64,000 bases of DNA from Podarcis tiliguerta (lineage: Eukaryota): assembly GCA_965153285.1 (NCBI GenBank), contig OZ229114.1; one strand, 5' to 3'. The position numbers and the translations under genes are program-made. Below the pieces are notes generated by a model, which had not been told where the DNA came from, searched no databases, and was given only the letters and a program-made list of their open reading frames with translations. The first letter of the stretch is position 1; every line of letters starts with the position of its first letter. Below, one piece after another: positions 1 through 14,974 of the stretch.

Positions 1-83
1 AGACATTGAAGCTGGAGAAGAGCTCCTTCTGTTCATGAAGACTGAAGACTATTTACACGATCCTATGGCTCCAGACATTCACG
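1..83 (+). CDS. MECOM: MECOM exon (5'-truncated by the window): end of PR domain and EVI1 start Met
   Basis: Translates DIEAGEELLLFMKTEDYLHDPMAPDIH; EVI1 ATG at 35-37; donor gt at 84-85, phase 1. Confidence 0.95.
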
Positions 84-214
84 GTCAGCAATTTCTTATG
101 GCAGATTGTCAAATAACTTATACAGAAAGTTCCCTAATTATCAGCACTTAGAGCAAATTTATCCTCTCGCATTGGTCGAAGGCCACTGAGAGTAATGACT
201 GATTTGCTTTACAG

Positions 215-431
215 AGGAGCGTCAGTATCGGTGTGAAGACTGTGACCAGCTGTTTGAGTCCAAAGCAGATCTCGTGGACCATCAGAAATTCCCATGCAGC
301 ACACCTCACTCAGCATTTTCGATGGTGGATGAGGAATTTCAGCCAAAGCTTGACAAGGAGAATGACCTCCATGATATGCATGACATTCAAGAGTGCAAAG
401 AATGTGACCAAGTGTTCTCTGATGTGCAAAG
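215..431 (+). CDS. MECOM: MECOM exon: ZF1 and start of ZF2
   Basis: tttacag acceptor; [28 protein letters not shown]...[14 protein letters not shown]; 217 nt; donor gtagga. Confidence 0.96.
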
Positions 432-500
432 GTAGGAACAGGCATATTTTAAGAGAAACAAAACATACATAGACACCATATAAAAATATATAATATATAT

Positions 501-526
501 GGTAAAAGGTAAAGGACCCCTGGACG
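501..526 (-). mobile_element. Short 3' tail fragment of a Sauria-type SINE
   Basis: ggtaaaaggtaaaggacccc is the reverse complement of an (ACCTTT)n-type tail like that at 37955-37977. Confidence 0.45.
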
Positions 527-2423
527 AAAGACCCAAATCAATCTTTATTTTATTTCAAAATTTATTTATTTTATTTCTATTTTTATTTTAAAATATTTAG
601 TAACTGATGATCATTAGAGAATTCCATAGCGGTTTGCAACTTAAAAATAGCTAATAAAATTGCCAATAAGAAAACATAAAGTAATTCAAACAAAAACTAA
701 CAATAAGCCAACAGCAGAAAGTGAGGAATTACAACACAGTAGAGGATAGTGTGTAAACCAGTCATCAGGTCTTGATTCATAACAAACAAACAAATAATCC
801 ATGTTTGCCAAAAGACAGCAGTGCTTGTCTTGATGTTTTTAGAAATAGAGTTCTAGAATCTTGGGGTTCCTGATCATGTCTAATACAGATTTCACACAAA
901 AAATGGAAGGGGACTGATCTCATGGTCTCAAGTGGGGGTGGGGGGGGCTCATATAAGAGGGCATGTCCCTGCTGTGCTCAGTGAGTATGCAGTGCCTAGA
1001 GAGGTCAAAAGTACAAAGTTGGCAAGATCTACACTTCTAGTGTTGGTGGTGATAGAAGAAGTCAGAGATGCACTTTGAGTATTTGCTAAAGGACAAGGAA
1101 TAAATATGTAAAAGTTGGTGTTTTAAGATTTATAGCTGCTAAATTATTTTAAGTCCCAGCTAATTATGAAGGCAGTGTCTGGTTTTGAAAGTCAGTGCAC
1201 AAACAGAAACCATTTTCAGGCCAGGGTTCTCTTGGATAAGTGAGCACATCCACTGTTGTGAAACTACAATATCACTGCAGCAAAAATGCAACCTTGAGGG
1301 AAGATGTCTGGACTTTAGGAACAGATGGATGACAACTCTGCATTACTCGTGCTTAGAAAACTCTTCTTTGGGGAAAGCCTTTAAGGGTATTAAAGGCTCA
1401 GAACAAAGGCCAGAAAAAAAAAATATCAGCAAAAGACAAATCATAAATTGCTCTGCCACTGAGAGGGAGAGGGTGAAAAATGAGAACCGTCAGCCTGGCT
1501 GAAAAACATTTAAATTATTTAAAGTCCAATACATGACAGAAACAGTTCAAGGAAAAGGAATATAGAGAAAATATTCTATTTCAAAAAAATGTTCAGGTGG
1601 CAATTGGAATTGTTGATATATATGCAAGCTGGTGTATGTGTAATTAATGGGGGGGGGGGACAGCCAAACACCATTTTAAATCTATGTTGAGGATTAATGG
1701 TGGAAGTAATAGTAAATTACATGTGAAATATTATGAAAGAAAACAGTAACATTAAATAAGACGAGAAGCATGACTCATAGCTACACATAACAGTGACAGA
1801 TTGGATTCGACAGCAGATGCAGAATAATATTATTTATTTATCTGGAATGTTTCTAATCCTGCTTTTCAATCCGAAGACTCTTAAAGCAGCTAACACATAT
1901 TAAAAACATAATCAGTCCAATTAAAAATTACAAGGAAACCCGACAGAGTGGCAAAATATGTTAGTAACAAGTCAGGTGAAAAATCTAAAAAGCTACAATA
2001 TAATAAAAATTATATTGTAAAATATAATTTAAACATGTAAAGGCCTGGCCTTCACCTGTTGCCCAAAAGACATTAAACTCTCATGTTTTGGTTGAGTCAA
2101 ATAAGATATCGCTGCAAAAACCATATTCCACTGGATCAGTAGGCGGCGAGAGCCTCTCTTTCTAGTGTATCATCTAAGGGCCATGCCATATGTTGAGAAA
2201 AGACGTAGCAATGTATTGGCTGAGTGTGCTGCACACACATTAAGAGGTTCTTACTTCTCCAAGAACTGCTTCTAAGGTTTGATTCACTGAAGCATTTGTA
2301 ATATGGGATAGTCAATATGGATTAAATTTTTCACTGAATACGGTAGGTTGAACCAGTCTTGTGAATAGTCCAAATTAGCAGCCGCACTTCTTAACAGCTA
2401 CAAAAAGTGTATATTCTATTTAG

Positions 2424-2645
2424 CGTAAGAAGAGTCCTACTGGATCAGACCAATAAGGCCCGTCCAGTCTGCCAATCTGTTCTCACAGTAGCCCACCAGA
2501 TGCCTATGGGAAACTCACAAGCAAGAGACGCATGCTCTCTTGCTTGTGTTGCCTAGTAGCTGGTACTCAGAGGCATATCGCCTCTGATCCGGGAGGGAAT
2601 ACATAATAATCGCCATGACTAGTAGCCATTGATAACCTCCATCTC
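2424..2645 (-). mobile_element. CR1 LINE 3' end fragment
   Basis: taagaagagtcctactggatcagacc...ttctcacagtagcccaccagatgcc; a related copy lies at about 22137-22250. Family assignment is from recall of squamate CR1 3' UTRs. Confidence 0.6.
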
Positions 2646-2888
2646 TATCACACCCCCTCTTACGTGTCCTTTTCCTAAGCAAAAAACATTGTAACCTCAA
2701 AGTTTATTGATTTCAATAAATCTACTCTGACTGTGACTAACATTGTGCAATCCTATGGGTGATATTTATCGTAGGAGTGGAGATTCTTATTCTATGACTA
2801 CTTTCATTGCCTGAACTGAAATAAGTTCCTCTTCCTGAAATAGGCTCCTGTCTCTTCACTTCTTGGAACAGGAAAAAGGTCTATGTAG

Positions 2889-3098
<210 letters not shown>

Positions 3099-3285
3099 TG
3101 AAATTGTAGGGTGCCTGGAATTTTGTATATGCACCGTTGCTTATGATATGTAGAGTAACATTTTGAGCATCTTAGGGCTGGCTTCAGCACTGAAGCACAT
3201 GATACCTCATACGACGTTTCCCCTGGACTGGACCACTTCAAGCAACAGGTAGGGGATCAGATTTGAAAGCTTCTCTCATGTACAA

Positions 3286-3361
3286 GGGACGCGGGTGGCG
3301 CTGTGGGTAAAAGCCTCAGCGCCTAGGGCTTGCCGATCGAAAGGTCGGTGGTTCGAATCCC
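3286..3361 (+). mobile_element. Sauria SINE 5' (tRNA-related) head only
   Basis: Near-identical to 37613-37688; Pol III A-box-like tggcgctgtgg and B box ggttcgaatcc. Confidence 0.85.
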
Positions 3362-3649
3362 CTAGCTTCATCACAGAATTTAGTTTCCAGGGTTTCTTGT
3401 ATGGGAGCCAGGGCCCTTAAGTGTGCTTGACGCTGTTTTAACTGTGTACTGTAGACAGGCCTTAAAAGTCACCTTTTCTTTTAATTCACTTACATACCTG
3501 AACTCGCATAAACTATTGAAAAAAGCCAACTTTTGCCTATTTCATATCCAATGCCTCCTGGTTTGACTAGAGTCTTATGCAATTGCTGGTGTTGTTGTTT
3601 TTCCTTGCTTGCATCAAAGTTTCGTGTTTAATCAGTACTCATTTCCTAG

Positions 3650-3820
<171 letters not shown>

Positions 3821-6714
3821 TAACCACTAAGCTTCTGTGTCTGTCTGTTTTTTTTAGCAAGATGCGGAATCAGATAAACATGCTCCCATTGAAGCATTAG
3901 CAATCCCAACGGTCTTTAATCAGACAGTTCCCAACTGTCTTTAACTGGATTGTGCCTTTAATCAGAAAAATAAAATATTGTGTTGGTGGAAAGTCTGGAG
4001 CCGTATATTGCACTGACAAGCAATTTTCTTACTCCTATCAACCTCTGTAGTTCTGGGACTTGCTCAAGAAGTGTTCGGGGAGGACTTGTCTTATTTCAGG
4101 CAACAGAATTATTAGAAATTTAATTTCCAGTCTCAACATATGGTCTTCACTCATTACTTTCCCCACAAGCAGATACTCTAGCAGATTTAACTCTAGGAAG
4201 TTAAATAAGACTTAAGGAACATAATTTCGGCTGCAATCCTAGACACGCTTAACATGAGAATCTCCCTGGTACAGAAAGGGCCCCTTGCAACAGATGCCTT
4301 TAAAATTCTGCAAAGTTCTGAATATGGTGTCCGTTCAGTCTATATGTGACAGGGAAGCTGGGGTCACTTTCCCATGTGGCATGGCTGACTGAAGGCCTGC
4401 CGCTCCCTTTCTTTCTCTGTGCATGTATGTGTCTATGTAGAATCAGCACTCTTGTCACATTTCATTTCAGGTGTATTCCTCACTACCAAATTGGCACAGT
4501 GGTTGGTTATGCATGCTTCTTTCCTCGCACTTTTAATTTTAAATGTTTTGCAAAATAAATGCTGAATTTGTACAATCTGCTTTCATGCACACCCTAATAA
4601 ATGTGATCCTATGTGCTTAAAAAGTGCATGTGCCAAAACAGGATAGTGAAGGAACCAAGTCTGGTTTGTGCTAGAAGTAGTCAGTGAATGAATGAATTGC
4701 TGAAAATAGCACCTGACCACTGAAGGCCTTTGAGAACCACATAGAGATTACTTCAAAATCACAGAGTGAGTCTGCTAGAGTTTCTAGGATACTTGCAGTG
4801 TAGCCACAAGACGTACCTTGTTTTTGTAATCTACTTCACCTTTCTCTTTTGAACTTCAAAAGATGTCACCCTGGGCTACGGCTATGGTAGGAAACTTGCA
4901 TGGAGCAGCATCAACGACATAGACAGCCAAGGGTATGTGGGATGATGGAATGCAACGTAGCGCAGAAGAAAGCAGACGGGAGGAACCATGTAGAAATCAG
5001 GAGAGGAATACAAACTCAGAGGAAGGCTGTAGATCCAGAATTAAGCCTACACATTCATTTGCTCCTAAAAATTCCACCCCCAAAGGCATTCCCATGGCAC
5101 GAACTTTCCTTCCCTGAAGTAATGATCATGGAGGAGATCCTCTGCCTCTGCTGCATGCTGCTATTATGGATAGCGACTTCATGATGCCTGCACTCTATTT
5201 GGTTAGAGCTTGTAAACCTTGTGGCAAGGAGGTGAGAATTCACTACAGGGATGCTACTTTTGGTTCCCATATGGACCAGCTCTTGGAGGAGAGCACTCTG
5301 CGTATTTTTCCTGCCTGTTTCATTTCAGAAGCTGCCTGGTATCCGAGACTCTGTGGGCAATTCTGGAAATACTTTTATAACCTCATTTTATATTGTGTGC
5401 TCTGGCATACTTCCCTAGGCCCAAGTCTAATTATGCTTTGAACCTTTTGTAAGTTTATTTATTTATTCTTAATGTAGCCTCAGGAAGAAGAGCTACTGGT
5501 GGATGTGACTAATAAAGTGTAAGAAGATTCCACCAAATGAGATTCCCTTGAGCAAACCACCGAAAACCCTGGAATCGTTCCAAATGATTGCTAATTTCAA
5601 AACAGCTTCTAGCTACTCTTTCCTAAAGGAAGAGGCCATCTTCATAGACAAACTCAACAAAGAATCCTTATTGACTTAGTTATGTGAGAGCCTTTCAGTA
5701 GCTGTCCACAGTGAGAATTATGGCAGTGAAGCTTTATCACCGAACATATTTCATTCTATTCAGTTGCTTTCAAATTTCTCTAAGCAGAAGTCAAGGCAAC
5801 TCAATATTTTGCTATTTTTTATTTTTAAAAATGCAGATAAAAAAGTGGGGGAATAAACCAAGATGCTATCACCACTGTTCTTGGAAGCTGTTGTTGGGGA
5901 CAACTTAACTATTGGGTAAAAATAAGCTGTAAAAGAGGAGCCCAGTCAAATTGCTACCTACACCATGGATCTTGTGGCGAGTGTTTGCCTTTTCTTCACC
6001 CGTTGCCCTGAACATCCCTTGCTTCTCAGAATTTTGCAGTGGCTGCAGGAGTTAACACAGCAGAATGAAAGGTGTAGCAGGAAGGAGTCTGTCTCTGAAT
6101 GTATGACTTCTGTGTGTGTATCCGTTTCCCTTGAATTGTGTGTTATTCGCAAAAATATGGCTGACCAGTGTCCTAATTCATACTTTTCCCATTAGCTGAT
6201 CCTAGGTTTGAATTTTTTAAAAGATATTTGAGATACAGTAAGCCAAGTGATTGGATGATTCCAAGGCACCACTTAAGTCCTAGGTGGTGGTGTTTCAGTA
6301 CAGTAAATACTTTATAGACATTTCTCTCAACTAAGTTAATATTCAATAAAACACAACAGTTTATACTGCATAGCACTTCTGGCAGTGGAACCTTTGGGAA
6401 CTGTTTGGCTGAGCTGGTGTGGCACAAAATGTTCAGTTGCTCAGGGAACAAGGCATTTTGCACTCCAGCATTGGTGAGGGGAAGAAAACATCATCGGAAG
6501 AGGTCTCAGCACATAGGGAAGAAAGGACAGGAGGCCAAGAGCTAAGCAAGCTGAAGAAAGAGAAGATGGAGAAGTCCTGAAGAAAAGGGACAAAAGAGCA
6601 CTAAGTCAAGAAGGGCACAAGAAAGAGTGAGCTCTGAAGAAACACAAAGGTGTGCAAATCAGGAAAGCTGTATGCTATTGAGGGATAGGAATTCTGAAGG
6701 AGAGTGGCTAAAGG

Positions 6715-6846
6715 AATCAAAGAACCATAGTTGGAAGGTACCATGAGGGTCATCTAAGTCCAAACCCCTGCAATGCAGATTTTATTTGCCCAGTGTGGGG
6801 CTTGAACCCACAACCCTGAGATTAAGAGTCTCATGCTCTATCGACC
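6715..6846 (-). mobile_element. tRNA-Lys-derived SINE with CR1-type tail
   Basis: The minus strand reads ...tagagcatgagactcttaatctcagggttgtgggttcaagccccacactgggc (tRNA-Lys-CTT-like), followed by a CR1-like 3' tail; second copy at 38411-38541. Confidence 0.8.
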
Positions 6847-9800
6847 AAGGAATGGGGCACTCAAACACTGGTGAATGAGATATGTAAATGAAGGAAAGAG
6901 GAGCCAAGGGGGAAAAATTGGGCTGGGAACTGTGGGCCAGGGAACCAAGGGTACATTACCAGTGTAGAGCCTGATAGGAGAATTGTACTAGATGTGTTTT
7001 TTATTGTTATTGTTTCATTTGATTTGGCCACCCTACGGGGGGACAACAGGTCTAATAAGCCTGTTGGTGGAGAGGCTGAATAGCATTTTACATATTGATT
7101 TGAAACAAGCAGCCAGTGTTTTGACTGCAGGCTTCTATTCCACTAAAACATTTTCAATTGGAAAGTCTATGTGCTGCCCTATCCTATTGATCAACTTTAG
7201 CAAGAGCGCTATAAACATAGCTGTTACAGTTAAAGTTAGATCTCATGGCTGCCCAAATCAACCAACTGCATGCTATTCAGGAAGATACCTTAAGGCACTG
7301 CATGACGATTAGTAGAAGCTCAGCAATAATTTGACACAGTGATGCCAACACTGCGCACTGTTTCCTCAGGGGATTGCTCTAATTAAAATTAAGTAATTCA
7401 CGGCACACAGGGAGTTCTTATGATTGCTATATCAAGCTGTCTTGAGAGCCCTTTGGATAAAAAAACAGCATAAAAATGGAAAATAAATACAGATCTTCCT
7501 TCTGCCCCACTGTCATCAATATCATTATGATGTTAGTAATTGTAATTAAATAGCCAATTTTTAATCCGTGGGTTAGCAGATTAATCTGCTGATTAATTTG
7601 ACATTAGACATAGACACTGAGTAGTTAATAATTGAGAATTATGTAGTTTTTTTAAATTAACTACTTAATTCTAAATTATTAACTACTTAATGTCTGTGGC
7701 TCAATTCTCATGACTCTGAAAGCAGATTGAAATATAGATTATCTGAATGTGAGGGGCAAGCAGTTTAAGATGTTAAAAGAAAACTAGGAATGGATGACTG
7801 ACTTGAGCATCTTCTTTTTTTTTTTTAATCCATGTTTTGATGAAACAATCTTGCCTACCTACCCAATGGCGAAGCAAGTGGCATGTCTTTATTTCAAGAC
7901 TTGCATCTCTCACGGTGGGAAGTTCAGATCACTTTTAATGTTATGTGAATCCTTCCTAATTCCATGCCTTACCCCTCTTGTTCTGACATCAGGTCGAACA
8001 GCATAATGTGGTTTTACTTTCTATTGAATGTACAAAGAGCTTCCAAGGAAGGATCAGTTAACAGAACTTTTAAGCTTGCTATATTGCACTACTGGGCCAC
8101 AGAATCCAGATACACACAGCATGAAGGTGTGGGGTCAAACAGGAAGCCAGTTTAATGGAGAGAGGGGCCAACCTGCAATTTCATATCAGCCCATAGGGAC
8201 TTGTGGTTCAAACTCTTGAGAACCAACGACCAGCTTCCTGTAGCTCTCGAATTAACTTCTTCAGTGTACGAGAACATACTCCATACATTCATCAAGGGAG
8301 CAGTTGAATGAATCTGTGTGAGCCTTGAGTCTCAATAATATATCAACATGATTTTTAATGGCTTAAAAGAATCCCTCAGAGGGCTGCGGTCCTGCTCCTG
8401 GAATGGTTGATATTTTTATATATTTGTGCTTCAACTTATTTAAGCAAGCGAAAACATAATTAACCAGACCCAGTTATGACCGTTGTTTAAAGATTTGTGT
8501 TCCCTTGCCTGACATCACAGGGCTGTCTTTTTAATATTAGTGAAAATAAAATAATTAGTGAACAATAGCTTCCAGCCATATAGGGACCATTCATACCCTG
8601 CGGCTCCAGTTCCTTTTTTCTTTTCTTTTCTTTAAAAGAAAATTCAGATGCTCTGCCATTCTTTTCAAATTAAATCACATGGAAAATGCTTCTTCCCTGC
8701 TTTTTTCATTAATCAGCAATTGCTAGTGTAACCAAAAGAGCAACTGTGATTTTTCAAATGCAAAGGATGATGGACAGAAAAAACCATAGGACAATTATGA
8801 ATAATTGCCGTGTAATTACAGAACAAAAGAATTTAAAGATCACATGTCAGGGTAGGATTTTCTGAGCGCTTGTGGCTGGGGGTAGAGGGTCACCTAGAGC
8901 AGAGATATCTGATTCCCAGCAAAAAGGCCACACACCATGCTGTACCTTCTCAGTCTGTTTATGGCAACTGTCTCTCGTTACAGTATGCCGCCCTGGCTTG
9001 GGAGCAAACTCACCAACACCAACTCACCAACACAAAGGTAATTACACACTGCCTGCCTTCATAAAACCTCCAGCTTGCTCAAATAGAAACCACATGTTGG
9101 AATAGACAGCAATGCATTAAAAATAGCACTTAACAGTCATGTGTTTAATAAGCAGAAAATATGCGAACTTCACTTCTAGCTAATTTCTTGGTCCTAAATG
9201 CTTAAGTCATTGATGGATTATAATGTATTTGGTATCTGGTGTGGGAAGGATTGCAATGGTTAGATGAGTACAGCGTCAAGAAAGTGTTGAAAACATAGAG
9301 GCTGGGAAATAAGACCCCTGGCTTGGAAATTTAAAGCAAATGTAAGGTGATAGAATATAAGGGTTTATCAAGGTGGAAGACAAAATGTCTCACTGTAGAT
9401 TCACTCCTGTAATAGCTTGACTTGGCTTAGTTTAAAGTAAAAATGTATATTGAAGTTAAAGGGACTGGCAGGGTTGGAGTGCTACACTAAGAATGAAGCT
9501 TTTTGGTCTCTTCACATTCTACCATGCATTAGGCAATCCTTTTCCACCCACGACAAATTTTAAAGCGCTTTCATTCTATTTACTTGCACAAAAATACGTT
9601 CATCTCCATTTCAACGCTGTCTTTGTCACAAGAATTCAAATGAATGCATCCTATGTTTTCTTTTACGCTCTCTGTTATTGTGAGCTTCTGATTACCATAG
9701 ATTGAAGGCAAACAATAATGAATGACCATTGCCATCACAACCTTTCCTGTGAGCTTCCTGAGGCATTTAATTCGCTGCTGCAGCCTTGAGAGACTTAGTT

Positions 9801-12800
9801 TGATCCACCCAAACTGTTCTTCTGTTTTAAATAGTTGGTTTCCAGTCCTAACTTTATGCACAGACACATCATTCACTAATTTAACCAAAACCCAACAATT
9901 CTGTCAATATAAATTTAGGATTATCTCTGTGAAGAACTACTGAAAGCATCACCTGACTAGTGGTGGCAATGCACAACCCTACTACCCAAACTCATTCTGA
10001 GCGTCAGGGTTCGGGGCCATAAGACCTTTTCCACCCATTGTAATTGGAGAGAGGGTTCCGTTTGTGCAAACAGCACTGTGTAGAAAGCCGCCCTGTTCCA
10101 TGGAAGTGAATGGTGAAGCCTGTATGCCCCGAGCTGGAGATTAGAACAGTTCTTTTTATAGTGGCAGAGAGAACTGCCAAATAAGGGAAGGAATTACTAT
10201 ATCGCAAAGTGATTTGGTGTACTTGTTTCCTCATTCTGCCTCTTGCTATCATCCCAGACATAACTGCTGAATCAGGAGATGGGGCCAACCTGAATTGGGG
10301 CTATTATGCAGATCTTGAACATTTATGGCTACTGATACAATAGGTTACGTAATGGAATCTGCAAGGGGTCTCCTATCCTCTCTCCATCCTATCAATGTAT
10401 TAGTCTGCTGCAGTTTAATGCATTTATTAATGATTTTGGCTATAATTTTAAAAGTGAATGTTTGCCCTGCCACTTAATCCTGCCTTGTTGTGAAGGCCAT
10501 TAAGAACTATTCATCTCAACTGGTAGTATTGTTGTCAGCTTAGTTTTACATTTTAACCACTATGTCAGCTGTGTCTCAGATTGCTAGGCATGAAAGCCAT
10601 TTTATATTTGTATATCTCTGATGTATTTTCATGTGTAAATAAGTGCCAGCCTATTATCTTTAAGAAAGGGAACAGCTGAGTACCTCTGTATATAGTAGAA
10701 GTCTTCCTGCTTGCATATCAAATCTATTATTTCTTTGTTAAATTTGTATTCTGTCTTTTCTACAAGAGCTCAAAGTCTCTCACCTGGATATTACTCTGGC
10801 CAAGCTCTATTTAGTAAATTTCACCAATGCAACTGTACCATGTGCCTTCAGACCAGTTAAGAACCTGTGATTTCTTTACTGTGCAATCCCATACAATTCT
10901 GTTCAGAAGCAAGCCCCATTAAGTTCAATAATAATAAGATTTATATGATTGCAAGTTGGATACCATACAAATCAATAGCAACATCACTATTAGAAGTCCT
11001 GAACACCGCGATAGAGGAATGCCATCTGCATTGGGCTTTAAAAACAATAAATATTCCAAATTAAATTGACGGATCGAAGAATTTAATTTAGAAAAAATTC
11101 CAAATGTTTCTCCAATCTGTGTGATATTTTCCCCAAATAAAGGGAAAATCCCTCACACTTAGAAAGATCAAATTAAACCTGCTACTGTTCTCGTGTGAGT
11201 AATATTTTTTTCTTAATACATTTTTTTCGCTGCAGCATTCCTTATGAATGAAAGGTATCTTACAGGAACCCTGGCTGATACAGAGCAATAACATTCTTCC
11301 TGAATTGTACATTTCTTTGGCTTGCACCCAACCCTGCAACTGTTACTGTAGCTGTTGTCTGATAGATATCAGCAAGGCAACTCATCTGAGCCAGGCAGGT
11401 GGAATCAGGGCCTTCTCAGACAATGGAAGTCTTTGTTGTTGTGATGGGAACAGATAGCTACAGGGTAAACATTTAAGACAGACAACAAGCGGGCAGGTTC
11501 TCAAGGATAAGCTTTATAAGAGCAGGAAGGTTAGCATCAGCCGCGGTGTACATGGAAGTCAGAGGACGTGATTATAGTTCATGGGAACCAAGAGTGCAGG
11601 ATGGGATACATTCAATTCAGTTTCCTTTGCAGGCTTAAAATAGAGCCATTGTAAATTATGTCAGCCTGTCTGAAACCACTAAAATAATTGTTAAGAAGGT
11701 CTGAGAATGCACAATATGCATTGTTGTATGGCTTTGATGTGTGAAGGGCAAGAGCCTGTGATATAACACAAACTGAGCAAAAGTTAAACTGTTCAGCTCT
11801 TCTTTACTGGAGGAAGCTGAGTTTTAACGCATAAGGATAATAACCATACCCACTATTTAGAGTTTAGAGTGGTGATATATAGACAAAGTGGCAACATCCA
11901 CACCCAGGAGGGAAGTGTCAGCAAGCTTGGAAGAACCTTAAGTTTTGCAGAAGGACAGAAAACCTTGACGGGGAAAAACCCTCAATAAGCTCAGTGAGAA
12001 TTGAACATGTCCAGGGGCCATGGAATACTGACTGATTTGTTGGGGTAGGGGAAATAGAAAACAGAGTCGGAGGGGAAATGGAACAGTTTAATCCTGGATG
12101 ACTGACTGCAACACCCCACGCTGCAACATTTTATTGCAGGCTCATCTATTTTAAAATTTCAGGCTGTGTGTGCCAATTATATTCCCATACAAAAGGGAGG
12201 AATCAGCCAGGAACTCTTAAGGTTTTCAGAAGTATGTTTTTTGTTGTGTTTTAGGGAAAAACCCTAAGCGGGAGGGGACCCCTCCCAACAGCCCAAAGCC
12301 TACTAACTGTGCTCGGTGACTATGGAATGCTAAGTAACAACCGAGGAAGACACAAAACTGGAAGGAGAATGGAATGACCAAAATCTTTTATGGCAGCATG
12401 CCACAAACAGCAATGCTTTGTTGCAGGTCCTCCTTGCATTTGCGCTGATTTTGAAGAAAACTTACCACATACCTGTGTTAGCAAGGCTCTGCCAAGAGCA
12501 CACATTTGTTCTGAATGCAGATTTGTTTTAGTGAATGACCACAGGAATTGTTCCAACTGCAGAAATTACCTTAGAAAATGTATTCTTTGTTCATGGTGCA
12601 CGTATACAACCACAGTACCTTATTTCTGAAATCAGTCCAGTATAGCTATCATGGTTATGCAGTATATATATATAGCAGTATATATCAAAAGAATTAAACC
12701 TGTGGTAACTTCTGTTCAGACTTTCTTAGAAAAAAGTAACTTTATATGCTTGTGCAATCAAAATAATGGAGCAAACCACGGGGTCAAGTTACTCATGCAT

Positions 12801-13611
12801 ATGCAAGGGTCAATATGGTATTCTCTTCTGCAATTATGTCTTATGTCTCTAGATATCATTGTACTATAAAGCAGTGACCATAATCCAGAACTCCACGTAT
12901 GTGCAAAAGATTGGCTTGCATGTAATGTTTTTGTATCTCTTCTCAACTTGCAAGTGGGGGACTGCTGAATCGGAAGGGCGACGGGGGTTTCAGGTGCATG
13001 CACATGGATTGTTCTGGATCCTGGCCAATGCATATAAATACTCAAGGCTGTCAAATATTATGAACAATAAAGCAATATGATACTAATGTTGATTTTTTTT
13101 AAAAAAAAAGGGAAAGAAATGTGGGGATTTTCATTTTCTGCTGCTCATTATATTTGCCTAACTGGATTCCTTGTTTTGGTGGTTGTGACAGTTTTTTTTT
13201 TAAACATGCAATCTGCACTCAGACTCATCCTTTCAGATGCCTGACTAACAATGCAACCCCCTATACATGTTTAAGGCCTTTGTGCTATCCATTGTTGGTC
13301 ATACTCAGAACAGACCCATTCAAATCAACAGACTGTGTTAAATGGGGCTTACTCTTAAGTGTATGCACATAGGAATGCTGGTTGCAGTCATAGTTGCATA
13401 TACAAGGATATAAATTCCATTGAACTCAGTGGGTCTTATTTCTGAGTAAACATGTTTAGGAATGAGTTCTAAGTAAGTTTTCTAAAAGTGTAAGAGACTT
13501 CAGATGCTCAGTTTAAAGCAGCTGGGTGGGATTGAATGTGGTGTGGGGAGGAGGAACAGAAAAAATTACTTTAAATCCTGAGTTTTTGTTGTTGTTGTTG
13601 TTTACACACAG

Positions 13612-14974
<1,363 letters not shown>

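Noticed and set aside
6780-6846. tRNA-Lys gene (also 38470-38541)
   Set aside because: Degenerate stems, missing acceptor-stem 5' end and a fused CR1 tail show these are SINE copies.
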